The notes beneath the pieces were generated by a model that worked only from the letters and a program-made list of their open reading frames with translations, was not told the origin of the DNA and searched no databases. A DNA stretch of 64,000 bases from Fibrobacteria bacterium (lineage in GTDB: Bacteria; Fibrobacterota; Fibrobacteria; UBA11236). This document shows positions 19,295-29,579 of this stretch, in pieces (positions within the stretch are counted from its first letter, which is position 1; each line of letters begins with the position of its first letter). Where the stretch lies: positions 46,338 to 110,337 of the forward strand of contig JAYTHY010000006.1 in NCBI GenBank assembly GCA_043732185.1. Reading direction: 5' to 3'. A program made the translations under genes and the position numbers.

Positions 19295-20029
19295 TCAATC
19301 AATAGAATTATTTTTTGGATGGGTGGGATTCCGATGGAAATCGGAGTGGCCGACAGGAACACGAACTTCCAGTATGGGTTTTAGAAAACGGAATAGGTGT
19401 TCCGCGATCCGTTCATGACCATGTGCGGTGGGATGAAGGCCATCCGCTTGATTGAGATCAGGCTCGCCGGCTACCCCTTCCAATAGAAAGCCGAGCAAGG
19501 GCGTCTGATATTTGGCGGCAAGGATTGGGAACATTTTTTCAAATGCTTTCGAGTATTCTATTCCGTAATTGGGAGGCACTTTGAGTCCAGCAAGGATTAC
19601 GGTCCATTTCTGGGTACGACAATATTCCAGAACAGCTTCTAGATTTTTCTGAGTCGCTTCTGGCTTAACGCCTCTTAGGCCGTCGTTAGAACCCAAGGTG
19701 AGTATGATGAGATCTGGATTGCTCTTGGCATACCATTTTAACCGACGCACGCCACTCGCTGAAGTGCTTCCACTTGAACCGCCGTTGAGCACTTGGAATT
19801 GATCGTGCCATTGGTTGAGGCGAGTTTCCAACTGTGCCGGAAAAGCCTCTCCCTTTTCAACACCATAGCCTTCGGTTAGGCTATCGCCGAGAATCAAAAT
19901 TTTAAACCGCTTTCCGGTAACACCTTGAGCGAATAAGGCCCATATTGAGAAAAGCATCAACATTGACGCCCAAATAGTGCCTTTACGAGAGAAAAGTGGC
20001 ACCCTACTAAACCGTTTTAGCCAAATCAT
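19295..20029 (-). CDS. SGNH/GDSL arylesterase (TesA-like acyl-CoA thioesterase)
   Basis: GDSLT, GSNDGLRG, PPNYG, DGLHP; start reset to ATG 20029. Confidence 0.92.
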   Translation of the reverse strand: MIWLKRFSRVPLFSRKGTIWASMLMLFSIWALFAQGVTGKRFKILILGDSLTEGYGVEKGEAFPAQLETRLNQWHDQFQVLNGGSSGSTSASGVRRLKWYAKSNPDLIILTLGSNDGLRGVKPEATQKNLEAVLEYCRTQKWTVILAGLKVPPNYGIEYSKAFEKMFPILAAKYQTPLLGFLLEGVAGEPDLNQADGLHPTAHGHERIAEHLFRFLKPILEVRVPVGHSDFHRNPTHPKNNSID

Positions 20030-20099
20030 GAGCAAAGGTTGTTCATTTCGCTGAAATTCAGTATAAATATACAGGATATACATTAGCAGGGAGTTTCTT

Positions 20100-20432
20100 T
20101 TGAAAAATAAAGCAAAATCGTTACTAGGTTTGGTTCTCATGGCTGGCCTGACATGGGCTGCGGCGGACGGAGTAAAATCTGATAAAAAAACGCCAGCTGC
20201 AACTGAAAAAAATGCCATCACGGCCGGCGAAAATGATCATTGCCAACGGCCGAGTGCGGAGTGTCCTAAAGAGGCCAAGTGCCCTAAAGAAATGCATGCT
20301 GCGAAATCGGGTCAATGTTGCCGGAAACATTCCGGTAGTGATGCTAAATCAGCCCAAGGGCATGGCACTACGGTTACGCCTGAAGGTAAACCGGTTGATG
20401 CCGTTAAAGCTAAAGAGCCGGCGGCCAAATAA
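20100..20432 (+). CDS. Small secreted Cys/Lys-rich hypothetical protein
   Basis: AGGGAG RBS, TTG start, signal peptide (…LTWA), C-x6-CPK-x3-CPK…CC. Confidence 0.65.
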   Translation: MKNKAKSLLGLVLMAGLTWAAADGVKSDKKTPAATEKNAITAGENDHCQRPSAECPKEAKCPKEMHAAKSGQCCRKHSGSDAKSAQGHGTTVTPEGKPVDAVKAKEPAAK

Positions 20433-20446
20433 CCCTTCCTGTCCGG

Positions 20447-21289
20447 TCAATGTCCGGAGAAATACCACCACGTAAACAGGGCTAAGGCGATCCGATACCA
20501 GCCAAAGCCCTGTAAACTGTGATTGGCCAAGAATTTTATGAAGTAGCGAATCGCGAACCATGCGGATATCAGCGAAACGAAAAAGCCCAAGGCAAATAAC
20601 GGAACATCTGCCGCGACCAAAAAAGCGCGACTCTTGAACAAATCATACCCCGTCGCAGCAAACATAATGGGCACGGCAGCGAGAAAAGAATATTCCGCCG
20701 TAGTCCTTCGATCGACTTTCATAAGCATACCACCAATGATGGTGGAACCGGACCGGGACATTCCCGGCCAAAGGGCGAGGCATTGAAAGAAGCCAATGGT
20801 AAGTGCGTCGCGCCAACCCAGTACATCCAGCGATGTCTTTTCAGGTTTGGGGCGGTAGACTTCAACCAGGATAAGCCCCAAGCCGCCCAGGACTAGACCG
20901 ATGGCCACAGTCATGGGGGAAAACAAATGTTCTTTTATATACCCGTGGGCTAGTTTACCGGCGATCAAAGCAGGCGCCGTGGTCAACATGAGCAAACCCA
21001 ATCCACGCCATCCTGCAAGGGTAGTCGGCGCTGCAAGATCAGTGTTAACAGACGAGTTACCCTGAGTCACGGTCTTCCCTTGGCCGGGTATAAGGCTGAG
21101 AAATCGACGCCAGTAGACGCCCACCACCGCCAAAATAGCCCCCAGTTGTATGAAAACTTCAAAGGCATCCACTCGGGGTCCGGTAAATCCAAGCAAGTGG
21201 CCGGCAATAATCATGTGGCCGGTAGAGGAAACCGGTATGAATTCCGTCAAGCCTTCCAATAAGCCAATTATAATCGCTATTTCGTACAT
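20447..21289 (-). CDS. uppP: Undecaprenyl-diphosphate phosphatase (BacA/UppP)
   Basis: EGLTEFIPVSSTGH, IQLGAILAV, PGMSRSGSTI, FGWYRI; start probably ATG 21289. Confidence 0.95.
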   Translation of the reverse strand: MYEIAIIIGLLEGLTEFIPVSSTGHMIIAGHLLGFTGPRVDAFEVFIQLGAILAVVGVYWRRFLSLIPGQGKTVTQGNSSVNTDLAAPTTLAGWRGLGLLMLTTAPALIAGKLAHGYIKEHLFSPMTVAIGLVLGGLGLILVEVYRPKPEKTSLDVLGWRDALTIGFFQCLALWPGMSRSGSTIIGGMLMKVDRRTTAEYSFLAAVPIMFAATGYDLFKSRAFLVAADVPLFALGFFVSLISAWFAIRYFIKFLANHSLQGFGWYRIALALFTWWYFSGH

Positions 21290-21444
21290 GGAATGCAAAA
21301 TTAATTTAAAAGCACTCGTTTCATTGGATCCCATTAACTATTCGTTTGCCTTGGGCATTTTTCCATGGCTGCAACTAGGACAATAGCCTGGAAAACCCGA
21401 TTTTTGTTACTATTGTCAGAATACCAACAGATCGGCATTTACAT

Positions 21445-22290
21445 TTGAATTCACCTGAGCATATCTATCGTTCCCTATTCCCATCCGGTTCGAAATCCCA
21501 GAAAGGGAAGCACCAGCCTTTGGGTGAAAGACTGGATGCACTTTACCATAGTAGTAGAGATTTTGAGGAAATGCCCACGACGGAAATACCTATTTCCATG
21601 CTTATGGCATTGGACAAGTTGTCCCAGTCCAAAGCGACTCCGGAATTGATCTTTCCGCTACCCGCTGATTCATTACCCCTTGTAGCCGAGTCCTCGACAA
21701 CACACCGAAAAAGCCAGTTAGCGGTAACGGATCTCAGCGGTCACTTGAAGCGCGTTGCCGCTTACGCAAGACTTTTAGCTATCAAAGTGGGCATGGACGA
21801 TAAGGAAGCGGATTTCGTCAAGCAAATTTCACCCATGCATGACATCGGCAAATGGGCCATTCCAGACGACATCCTCCACAAGCCCAGCGCTTTGACACCG
21901 GATGAGTGGGAGATCATGAAGACGCATACCTCAATGGGTTATGAAATGCTCAAAGATTCCAAGCTCGATGTTCTACGCATGGGCGCCCTGGTGGCTATTC
22001 AACATCAAGAAAAATTCGACGGAACCGGTTATCCCAAAGGGTTAAAAGGGGAAGACATTCACATCTACAGCCGCATCACCACCGTGGCGGATGTATTCGA
22101 TGCCTTGGGCAGTGTGCGTACTTATAAAGATGCGTGGCCGGTTGATGACATCATCCAATACTTTCAGCAAGGTCGCAGCACCCATTTCGATCCCAATTTA
22201 GTGGATTTGCTTTTAACCAATTTGGAAGAATTCATCGCCATCCGCTCTGCGTTCCCTGGATCGGAACCGGAAGCCCAATCGGCTGGCTGA
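21445..22290 (+). CDS. HD-GYP cyclic-dinucleotide phosphodiesterase
   Basis: GHLKRV, HDIGK, HQEKFDGTGYP, ADVFDAL, HFDP; start uncertain. Confidence 0.9.
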   Translation: MNSPEHIYRSLFPSGSKSQKGKHQPLGERLDALYHSSRDFEEMPTTEIPISMLMALDKLSQSKATPELIFPLPADSLPLVAESSTTHRKSQLAVTDLSGHLKRVAAYARLLAIKVGMDDKEADFVKQISPMHDIGKWAIPDDILHKPSALTPDEWEIMKTHTSMGYEMLKDSKLDVLRMGALVAIQHQEKFDGTGYPKGLKGEDIHIYSRITTVADVFDALGSVRTYKDAWPVDDIIQYFQQGRSTHFDPNLVDLLLTNLEEFIAIRSAFPGSEPEAQSAG

Positions 22291-22313
22291 TCGGAACCTG
22301 GAACGACGCGCGT

Positions 22314-22694
22314 CTAGACTTCGGAGCCTTTTAGCAGAGCCTCTACCTGGCTGATCAAGGTGTTCAAGCGAAACGGTTTCTGCAAAAAGATTATCCCCGG
22401 CATCTCCAGGTATTTATGAATGGAGGCATTGCTGGAACCCGTATAGCCAGACATAAAAATCACTTTCACTTGGGGATGATCGACTCGCAGCCTATCCACC
22501 ATTTCTGACCCATTCATGTGGGGCATGACCACATCGGTCAAAATGAGATCCACGACGGCACTGGTACTCTGTAACATCTCCACAGCATCCAGACCCTGGC
22601 AGGCCTCCAAAACCTTAAAGCCTTTGATTTCTAGCAATTCGCGGATGAGTCCACGCAACATGTCCTCGTCCTCGACGAGCAGTATGGTATTCAT
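22314..22694 (-). CDS. Stand-alone receiver (REC) protein
   Basis: TILLVEDE, LILTDVVMP, FMSGY, LQKPF; start reset to ATG 22694. Confidence 0.9.
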   Translation of the reverse strand: MNTILLVEDEDMLRGLIRELLEIKGFKVLEACQGLDAVEMLQSTSAVVDLILTDVVMPHMNGSEMVDRLRVDHPQVKVIFMSGYTGSSNASIHKYLEMPGIIFLQKPFRLNTLISQVEALLKGSEV

Positions 22695-22797
22695 CGCCAA
22701 GGCATGTCCCGTTGTGAAGTTTAACTTGAAGTATACTCCCCTTTGGACAATGCTGCTCAGGAAAAAAGGATCCAATCCAAGCTGGGCAGAAGCCGAT

Positions 22798-23931
22798 TCA
22801 ATCCAGTTCCAAGAATTTATAGGACAGCAAGGAATCCGCAGTTGTTTCGGCGCGAAAATGCGTGGTGCCCAAAACCCGACCCGTTTCCGTTTCCACGCGC
22901 ACGGACCATGCGCCCGGAGCCAAGTTGCGCTTAAATGTAAAGCCCCTGAATCCCTCTTTGCGACCTCCACGAATGGGAAAGCCGATACGGGACACTTCCA
23001 CCCAACCACCTGATTTTGGATCTTTGTAGAGCCAACGATGGTACAGGGTGCACGCTATGCCTTGCGGCAGGAAAACGGATGTGAAACAAAAAATCTTTTC
23101 ACCAGGCAATTGACGCACTCGACTTTCCGATCGCCTCCAAAAAAAGAAAGGATTCGGTTTCTCAATTTTCGCGACATAGGAATATTCTTTCTTCTCCAAG
23201 CCGCGGCAGATTGCCATTTCTTTTTTTACAAGCGGTACGGGAGGAATGGCATTGCAGGTATAAAGAAGAATAAGCAATACAGCCATCACATATGTAGGCC
23301 ATAAAGAACCTTCCGCTTTCGGAGACAACAGTTTCAGTGCCGAGACGAGCAACAGTCCTAACGCTGTGCTTAGAAAAAACCAGATCGGATGAAGGCTTCG
23401 AAACAAATGTGGTAAGGCAAAATTGAGAAAGAGAATGACGCAAATCCCGAAGAGAGTCCATGTCAAAGTAAAACGATGATAGTGGCTTTCCAGAAATTCA
23501 TTAAGACCCAACAAGAGCACTAGGCCAATTACAAGTAGGAAGCCGGGCAAATAGCTGGAGCTGAGGAAATAGAAAACGACCAAGGCGCTGAACAGGCTCC
23601 CAAAGCAAAATTGCAGGGCGAACGCTGGGCCATCTGTTTGAACCCAATGGAGAACATCCTTAAGTTTTTGCCTAAAATCTCGGTTACCTAGCCCTGATAT
23701 GTCTTGGTTTGTGACTAAAGGTTGGATAGGGTTTTTCTGGGTAGGATTCCGCCGTCCCATCACAATCAAGAGGATGGCCGCTACCCCTAAATAGCCGAGC
23801 AGAATAAAAAGATCCAATGAGGTGATCGATCGCCCTAGCGTTATGGCATCCCACAGAAACCCCCCAAAAAAGGCGATCGCAGGAAATGCGGTTTTAAAGC
23901 GGGTGGTAATGGGCTGTAGTGGCAATGCCAT
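22798..23931 (-). CDS. DUF2914-like membrane protein
   Basis: FFGGFLWD, IPPVPL, C-terminal YHRW...GGRKEGFRGFTFK...PGAWSVRVET. Confidence 0.75.
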   Translation of the reverse strand: MALPLQPITTRFKTAFPAIAFFGGFLWDAITLGRSITSLDLFILLGYLGVAAILLIVMGRRNPTQKNPIQPLVTNQDISGLGNRDFRQKLKDVLHWVQTDGPAFALQFCFGSLFSALVVFYFLSSSYLPGFLLVIGLVLLLGLNEFLESHYHRFTLTWTLFGICVILFLNFALPHLFRSLHPIWFFLSTALGLLLVSALKLLSPKAEGSLWPTYVMAVLLILLYTCNAIPPVPLVKKEMAICRGLEKKEYSYVAKIEKPNPFFFWRRSESRVRQLPGEKIFCFTSVFLPQGIACTLYHRWLYKDPKSGGWVEVSRIGFPIRGGRKEGFRGFTFKRNLAPGAWSVRVETETGRVLGTTHFRAETTADSLLSYKFLELD

Positions 23932-24061
23932 TTGCGTGCAACTTTCTGGTGGACACCAAAAATTATAACTTTCCAAGCTGGAAATAAGCCGCAAAGCGAG
24001 GTGTCTATTTCGCTTTTAGCCCGCTGATTCAACGGACGTCCACCCCAATTTCTGGATTCTC

Positions 24062-24862
24062 ATGCCACTGAAGCCCTTTCACCAAATCGCCGGACTTCCT
24101 CCTAAACCGCAGTTTTTGCTTAAAGACCATGCTGGCCGCGAATATGGCGTCATTGAACATTATGAAACCGACCGGGCCAAGGCCACCAACCACACTCTTC
24201 TGGAATTTTTCTCCTTTGATCCAAATAGCAGCACTGCCATTTTGAAAGATCGTCCAAAAATTTGGCTCGATGTCGACAAGTGGAAAGTGCTCGAAGGCCA
24301 CGGCAAAAACCTGCCCGATTTGGATTTTGAAGCCGGACTCAATGCCTATCTGCAGACTTTCACTGAAACAGAACGGGACTTGCGTCGGGAACGTGCCAGG
24401 CTGGCCCGCTTTTCAGACATCATTCGACTGGCGGAAGAGGATTTTACCATCGCCTATCAGGAAATGTTTCCTGGCGAACTGGAACATGAGGATTTTCCCG
24501 CTGTAACCATCGGCGGAAAACATTTTATTGTCGATGACCAGTACGGCATTCGGCCGGGAGATTTCCGAAACCAAGTCACCTTGGTATTTGTCGCCGACCC
24601 AAAACGAAAGACCAAGGTCGAGCCAGACACATCCACTATGCAATCGGCACTGCTTTGCAATTGGATCTTTCGCGAAGGGTATGAAATCGTGCATACAGCC
24701 CTGGACGAAGGCCAATGTCATGAGGCCATCCGGGCCTTGGTGGAAAATCCGGAATTGGAAAAAATTTATCGTGAACGACTGCTTAAAATGCGCAGGGAGG
24801 GCGTGTTGCTTGGGGTTAAAGCCAAGCCCTATACGGCACGGCAAGGAGAAGCACTTAGTTAA
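24062..24862 (+). CDS. Hypothetical protein
   Basis: 266-aa ORF filling the gap, protein-like composition, no motif recognised. Confidence 0.7.
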   Translation: MPLKPFHQIAGLPPKPQFLLKDHAGREYGVIEHYETDRAKATNHTLLEFFSFDPNSSTAILKDRPKIWLDVDKWKVLEGHGKNLPDLDFEAGLNAYLQTFTETERDLRRERARLARFSDIIRLAEEDFTIAYQEMFPGELEHEDFPAVTIGGKHFIVDDQYGIRPGDFRNQVTLVFVADPKRKTKVEPDTSTMQSALLCNWIFREGYEIVHTALDEGQCHEAIRALVENPELEKIYRERLLKMRREGVLLGVKAKPYTARQGEALS

Positions 24863-24867
24863 TTAGA

Positions 24868-26349
24868 CTATTGAAAAACGGGAATTTGCTCTTTGTAAAG
24901 GAGTTGGTTTCCCGCTGCAATGCTTACAACCAGGATACCCGGCACTATCTCGTTATTTTTTAATTCGACGTTGATTGTTCTCGAACTTGGAAAGCTCCTC
25001 TCAAAAACACAGAAACCTTTGAGGGTGTGCATCGAAATATTCAATGTCCTCTGGAACTTGTCTTTCACTTGAATCGTAAAGCCTTGAGGATTTTTAAAGG
25101 TCGTAACGGAAATTTTGGAATATAGCACATTTTTTTGGCCCCTATTTTCCCTGACGTTCACCATAGTGGAATCCGGGAAATCAAACCAAGCCAAAGCGGC
25201 ACTGCGACCCGAAGACACATACAGGTGCTTTTCATCAGGACTGAGTAGAATATATTCCACCCCTGTAATTCCTTCGACACCGTCATAGCCGTTTCGGGAA
25301 TATCCGCCCAAGGTAAGATCTCCGTTTTCGGGATTTCTGTGAAACCAACTTAGGCAGTGGGCTTGGTAAGAGCCTACAAAAACGAATTTGCCATTCTGGG
25401 AAATGGCCACGGCACTGGCTCCCATAAGGGGATCGATATCTCCAGGGGGAAAGCGGAATAGATTTTTAAAAGTAAGCGCACCGGTGGTCGGCGACCTAGA
25501 AAACCAGGCAATGGCTTGGTCCGAATATCCGGCTACATACAAATAGGAATTGTCAGCCGAAAGTTTGATGTCCTGCACGCCATCCAAACCGTCCACGCCT
25601 GCCTGATTATCTGTGACACTGCTTGCAAAGGTTAAACCTCCGGTCTGAGCGTTCCGCCGAAAACACAGAATGCTATTGCCCACGTGATTGCCGACATACA
25701 CAAACTGCCCATCCTTGCTCACCGTTATTGGCCTTGGATCTTTCAGCCCAGGAAGGCTATCCTTTGCACTTTCTATATTTCCAGCATAGGTCAAACTTCC
25801 ATTTCCAACATTTCTGGTGAACCAAAAAACGGCATTGCCTTCGGAAGCCGTTGCGTATACCTGTCCCCCATCCGCGCTTATGACAAGGTTTCTGACAGCG
25901 CTTAGAGCCGGCAAAGAGTCTTTAATCCTGCCAATTGATCCGGAAAACTTTAAACTGTCCGTTAAGGCATCTCGGTTAAACCAGAGAACGTTGTGAGAGA
26001 TGAAACCACCAGCATAAATGGTTTCACCATCCGGTGACAGCGCAACGGATTTGGGCTCTCCCAAAAAATCTCCAGAGAAATCACCGCTTCGAATGAGACC
26101 CTCAAAACTTAAATTGCCTGTTTTGGAATCACGGCTAAACCAGGAAATTGCGGAACCGTCGGAAGCAGATGCATAAAGGGTTTTACCGTTTGGAGTAAAA
26201 ACAATTCCATGCGCGCCCCTTAAACCGTTAGTGCCTGCATTTACAGTGGAGATAAAACCTTTGAAGTTGAGCGGTCCAGCGTAGATTTTTTGAAAATAGC
26301 CCAAAACAAGCGGGAAAAGAATCAAACCTATGTGGAAATTTTTTCTCAT
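24868..26349 (-). CDS. Secreted lactonase-family beta-propeller with T9SS type-A-like C-terminal domain
   Basis: Repeated SxDGxxVY...WFxRnxxtGxLtF blades; signal peptide from MRKNF (26349); C-terminal ISMHTLKG...VPGILVVSI...KEQI. Confidence 0.85.
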   Translation of the reverse strand: MRKNFHIGLILFPLVLGYFQKIYAGPLNFKGFISTVNAGTNGLRGAHGIVFTPNGKTLYASASDGSAISWFSRDSKTGNLSFEGLIRSGDFSGDFLGEPKSVALSPDGETIYAGGFISHNVLWFNRDALTDSLKFSGSIGRIKDSLPALSAVRNLVISADGGQVYATASEGNAVFWFTRNVGNGSLTYAGNIESAKDSLPGLKDPRPITVSKDGQFVYVGNHVGNSILCFRRNAQTGGLTFASSVTDNQAGVDGLDGVQDIKLSADNSYLYVAGYSDQAIAWFSRSPTTGALTFKNLFRFPPGDIDPLMGASAVAISQNGKFVFVGSYQAHCLSWFHRNPENGDLTLGGYSRNGYDGVEGITGVEYILLSPDEKHLYVSSGRSAALAWFDFPDSTMVNVRENRGQKNVLYSKISVTTFKNPQGFTIQVKDKFQRTLNISMHTLKGFCVFERSFPSSRTINVELKNNEIVPGILVVSIAAGNQLLYKEQIPVFQ

Positions 26350-26486
26350 ATTCACGATACATCTTTGATACGTACTTGATCCAAAGGTAAATAGATTTCC
26401 CAAACCTTACCCAAGTTGGGAGTTGACATTGGAAAAAGGCGATACAATTAGGTAACTGCTTCCAATTATTCCTAAATTACCCAAGT

Positions 26487-28106
26487 ATGCCGGAATACAA
26501 ATACCTCGATCCTTTTCCACTTGGTTCGGACGTTACGCCATACCGACTCATCACGCGCGAACACTTTACTTTAGAACATTTCAATGATAAAGAGGTGCTT
26601 CGCGTCGACCCGGAAGCTTTGACAATTCTCGCCCAGGCGGCTTTGGCAGATGTCAATTTCCTTCTGCGACCAGCACATTTATCCAAACTTCGTGCCATTC
26701 TCGACGATCCGGAAGCGTCTGAAAACGATTGCTTTGTCGCCGAAACCCTGCTCAAGAATGCGGTCATCGCAGCGCGAGGCGAGCTCCCTTCCTGCCAAGA
26801 CACGGGGACAGCCATTGTAATAGCGGAAAAGGGTGAGTCTGTTTGGACGGGCAGTCATGATGAAGCGGCACTGGAAGCGGGAATTTTTCGAACCTATCAA
26901 GACAAGAATTTGCGTTACTCGCAAATGGCTGCGCTGTCCATGTTCGAAGAAAAAAATACCGGCAGTAATCTGCCTGCGCAAATTGATATTCACGCCGCTC
27001 CCGGTTCGGAATACCATTTTCTTTTCTTGGCCAAGGGGGGCGGTTCCGCCAACAAAACCTATCTCTTTCAAGAAACCAAATCCCTGTTGAATGAGAAGTC
27101 CCTGGAAAAATTTCTTCGCGAGAAATTATTCTCGCTCGGTACAGCTGCGTGTCCGCCGTATCACCTGGCAGTAGTCATCGGCGGCACCTCCGGGGAAGCC
27201 ACGCTTAAAGCTGTAAAGCTGGCTTCAGCGGGTTATTATGATTCTCTGCCTATGAAAGCAACGGGATCCGGGCAGGCCTTTCGCGATACGGAATGGGAAG
27301 AGCGTATTTTACAAATGGCCCAGGAAAGCCGCATTGGAGCCCAGTTTGGCGGAAAGTATTTTGTGCATGATGTGCGCGTATTGCGTTTGCCCCGGCATGC
27401 TGCTTCCTGTCCTGTGGGTATTGGGGTCAGCTGCAGTGCGGATCGCAATATCAAGGGCAAGATCACGCGCGATGGAATCTTCGTCGAACAATTGGAAACG
27501 GATCCGGGACGTTTTCTAGCGACTTACAAATCCGTAGCATCACAGCCACCCATCGCCATCGATCTCAATCAGCCTATGCCGGAGATTCTCGCAAGTTTAT
27601 CCAAACATCCCATCAAAACCAGACTCAGCTTAAGTGGTCCCCTTATTGTAGCTAGGGATGTGGCGCATGCCAAAATCAACCAGCTGTTGGCTTCGGGAGG
27701 AACCATGCCGCAATATTTTAAAGACCATCCCGTCTATTATGCCGGTCCCGCTAAAACCCCGGAAGGCATGGCCTCCGGCAGCTTCGGCCCCACTACGGCT
27801 GGCCGCATGGACGGCTATGTTGATGCATTCATGGCACAGGGTGGATCGATGGTGATGCTCGCCAAGGGAAACCGTTCCCCGGTTGTGCGAGAAGCCTGTG
27901 CCAAGCACAAAGGATTCTATTTAGGATCAATTGGTGGGCCCGCCGCCATTCTGGCCAAGGAAAACATTCTCAAAGTCGAGGTTTTAGATTTCCCGGAACT
28001 GGGCATGGAGGCAGTGCGGCGAATATGGGTTAAGGACTTTCCAGCTTTTATCGTTGTCGATGACAAGGGCAATGACTTTTTCAAAGGCATGGGGAGCAAG
28101 GAATAA
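26487..28106 (+). CDS. fumA: Class I fumarate hydratase
   Basis: [45 protein letters not shown]. Confidence 0.95.
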   Translation: MPEYKYLDPFPLGSDVTPYRLITREHFTLEHFNDKEVLRVDPEALTILAQAALADVNFLLRPAHLSKLRAILDDPEASENDCFVAETLLKNAVIAARGELPSCQDTGTAIVIAEKGESVWTGSHDEAALEAGIFRTYQDKNLRYSQMAALSMFEEKNTGSNLPAQIDIHAAPGSEYHFLFLAKGGGSANKTYLFQETKSLLNEKSLEKFLREKLFSLGTAACPPYHLAVVIGGTSGEATLKAVKLASAGYYDSLPMKATGSGQAFRDTEWEERILQMAQESRIGAQFGGKYFVHDVRVLRLPRHAASCPVGIGVSCSADRNIKGKITRDGIFVEQLETDPGRFLATYKSVASQPPIAIDLNQPMPEILASLSKHPIKTRLSLSGPLIVARDVAHAKINQLLASGGTMPQYFKDHPVYYAGPAKTPEGMASGSFGPTTAGRMDGYVDAFMAQGGSMVMLAKGNRSPVVREACAKHKGFYLGSIGGPAAILAKENILKVEVLDFPELGMEAVRRIWVKDFPAFIVVDDKGNDFFKGMGSKE

Positions 28107-28108
28107 TT

Positions 28109-29095
28109 TTGAAATCCCAACCAACGGCACCACTAAAGATTTGTTTCGTCCTATCCTCCATTGGTGGTCCGCGCATGCTCAACCCACTGTTTTCCGGCAC
28201 TTTAAAACAGGACGTGGCTTATATCGTTATACAACGCTTGGCCGGGCCGGGCCTGCTCGATGTTTTAGTGGAGTGTCTACGCGAAGAGCTAAACGTTAGA
28301 ACCATGGTGGCGGGTCATTCCCTGCACCTGCAAGGCGGCATCCTTCACTTTCTTCCCAATGAGCGTCATTATGCATTCAAGGGGGACAAGCTTGTAGCCG
28401 TTGAACTACCTGCCAAGACTGAGCTTAGCCTGGATCATCTGTTTAAGTCCGTGCTGGACTTTCCCAATGCCTGCGCGGTAGTGGTACTTTCCGGCATGCT
28501 TACAGATGAAGACGGCTTAGCCGGACTCGCCGAGCTTAAAAAGAGAGGCGTGCACATCCTCGGCGCATTGGAAAATCAAACGCCCGTTTTCGATATGATC
28601 GAACAGCTGCGCACCTTAGGACTTATGGGAGAACTCCTTCCGACCAAGCACTTACTCGAACACTTGCGTTTTGGACCTGGGGATACAATTGGTTCTCTAA
28701 GGAGAGACGGATCTTCAGAAGCCGCAAAAGTTCTGGTCGCCGACGACGAGGAAAAAGTTAGGACAGTAATAGTTGAAATGCTGCTGTCGCAGGGGTTTGT
28801 CGTGGACTTTGCCGTAGATGGGCTCGACGCTTTACGTAAATTACAAAAACAACATTTCGACATACTTATCCTAGACTTGCACATGCCGGAAATGGATGGG
28901 CTCAAGACTTTAGAAGCCCTGAAAAACATTGATCCAAAACTTCCCATTGTAATCATGACGGGCAGCAACGATACAGCCAAGGTCCAGGCAGCCAAAGAAT
29001 TCAATGTTTTGGGAGTGCTGCAGAAGCCTTTCGGGTGGGAAAAGCTGAAAAAAATTCTGCCGCAGCCTAGCAGGCGTGCGGCAGAATTGAAATAA
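28109..29095 (+). CDS. Degenerate CheB-methylesterase-like domain fused to a C-terminal REC domain
   Basis: SSIGGP / IVIQRL / LDHLFKS / VVLSGMLTDEDG; C-terminal VLVADDE...DLHMPEMDG...KPF. Confidence 0.75.
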   Translation: MKSQPTAPLKICFVLSSIGGPRMLNPLFSGTLKQDVAYIVIQRLAGPGLLDVLVECLREELNVRTMVAGHSLHLQGGILHFLPNERHYAFKGDKLVAVELPAKTELSLDHLFKSVLDFPNACAVVVLSGMLTDEDGLAGLAELKKRGVHILGALENQTPVFDMIEQLRTLGLMGELLPTKHLLEHLRFGPGDTIGSLRRDGSSEAAKVLVADDEEKVRTVIVEMLLSQGFVVDFAVDGLDALRKLQKQHFDILILDLHMPEMDGLKTLEALKNIDPKLPIVIMTGSNDTAKVQAAKEFNVLGVLQKPFGWEKLKKILPQPSRRAAELK

Positions 29096-29146
29096 TTACA
29101 ACTCAGTCTAACTCAGTCGGCGGCAAAGCCGACCGCGAGCGCTTGC

Positions 29147-29527
29147 TTAGCCCGCAAAAGTGAAGGCGCGACTTTTCCGTTTTTGCATGCGGATAAAATT
29201 CGCTCGCCGGAAATCATTCCGATGTTCGAGGCAATAGCGCGGATAGACAAACTGCTTTGGGAATACCTTGACCATGTATTTGCTATCGCAGCCAATCAAG
29301 CAGCAGCAAAACTCCAAATCAAGGACTTCGGTATAATTGTGCTTGAACACCATGTTTTTGACGTCCACGCTTTCGAATTCCTTCTTATGCTTGGCCCGCT
29401 GTTTGATGTCCCGGTGCAATTCGCAATACTTGGCAATCGGGTGGCCCCAAAACTCGCGGCCACAACCTGGCTCTTGACAAACCTTAAGCTTGATACGTTT
29501 TTTCTTCTTATACTTAGGCAGTTGCAT
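29147..29527 (-). CDS. Basic Cys/His-rich hypothetical protein (two putative zinc fingers)
   Basis: AAGGA RBS; CQEPGC...YCELH and CCCLIGC...YCLEH. Confidence 0.8.
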   Translation of the reverse strand: MQLPKYKKKKRIKLKVCQEPGCGREFWGHPIAKYCELHRDIKQRAKHKKEFESVDVKNMVFKHNYTEVLDLEFCCCLIGCDSKYMVKVFPKQFVYPRYCLEHRNDFRRANFIRMQKRKSRAFTFAG

Positions 29528-29579
29528 TTAGCCGGTTCCTTAGGGTAAAAAAAGGGCATACGGTCCCCTTATTCAGGGA

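Noticed and set aside
20030..20221. N-terminal extension of the esterase ORF
   Set aside because: Overlaps the divergent 20100 gene, which has its own RBS and signal peptide
21480..21505. GGTTCGAAATCC, similar to a tRNA T-loop
   Set aside because: Extra base, no cloverleaf or acceptor stem, and it lies within a CDS
22695..23009. Long N-terminus of the REC ORF
   Set aside because: Overlaps the DUF2914-like gene in another frame; the REC domain begins at 22694
24868..26349. Periodic repeats suggesting an array
   Set aside because: These are protein-level beta-propeller blades, not CRISPR or DNA repeats
26423..26448. TTGACA...TACAAT upstream of fumarase
   Set aside because: The spacer is only 14 nt, too short for a sigma70 promoter
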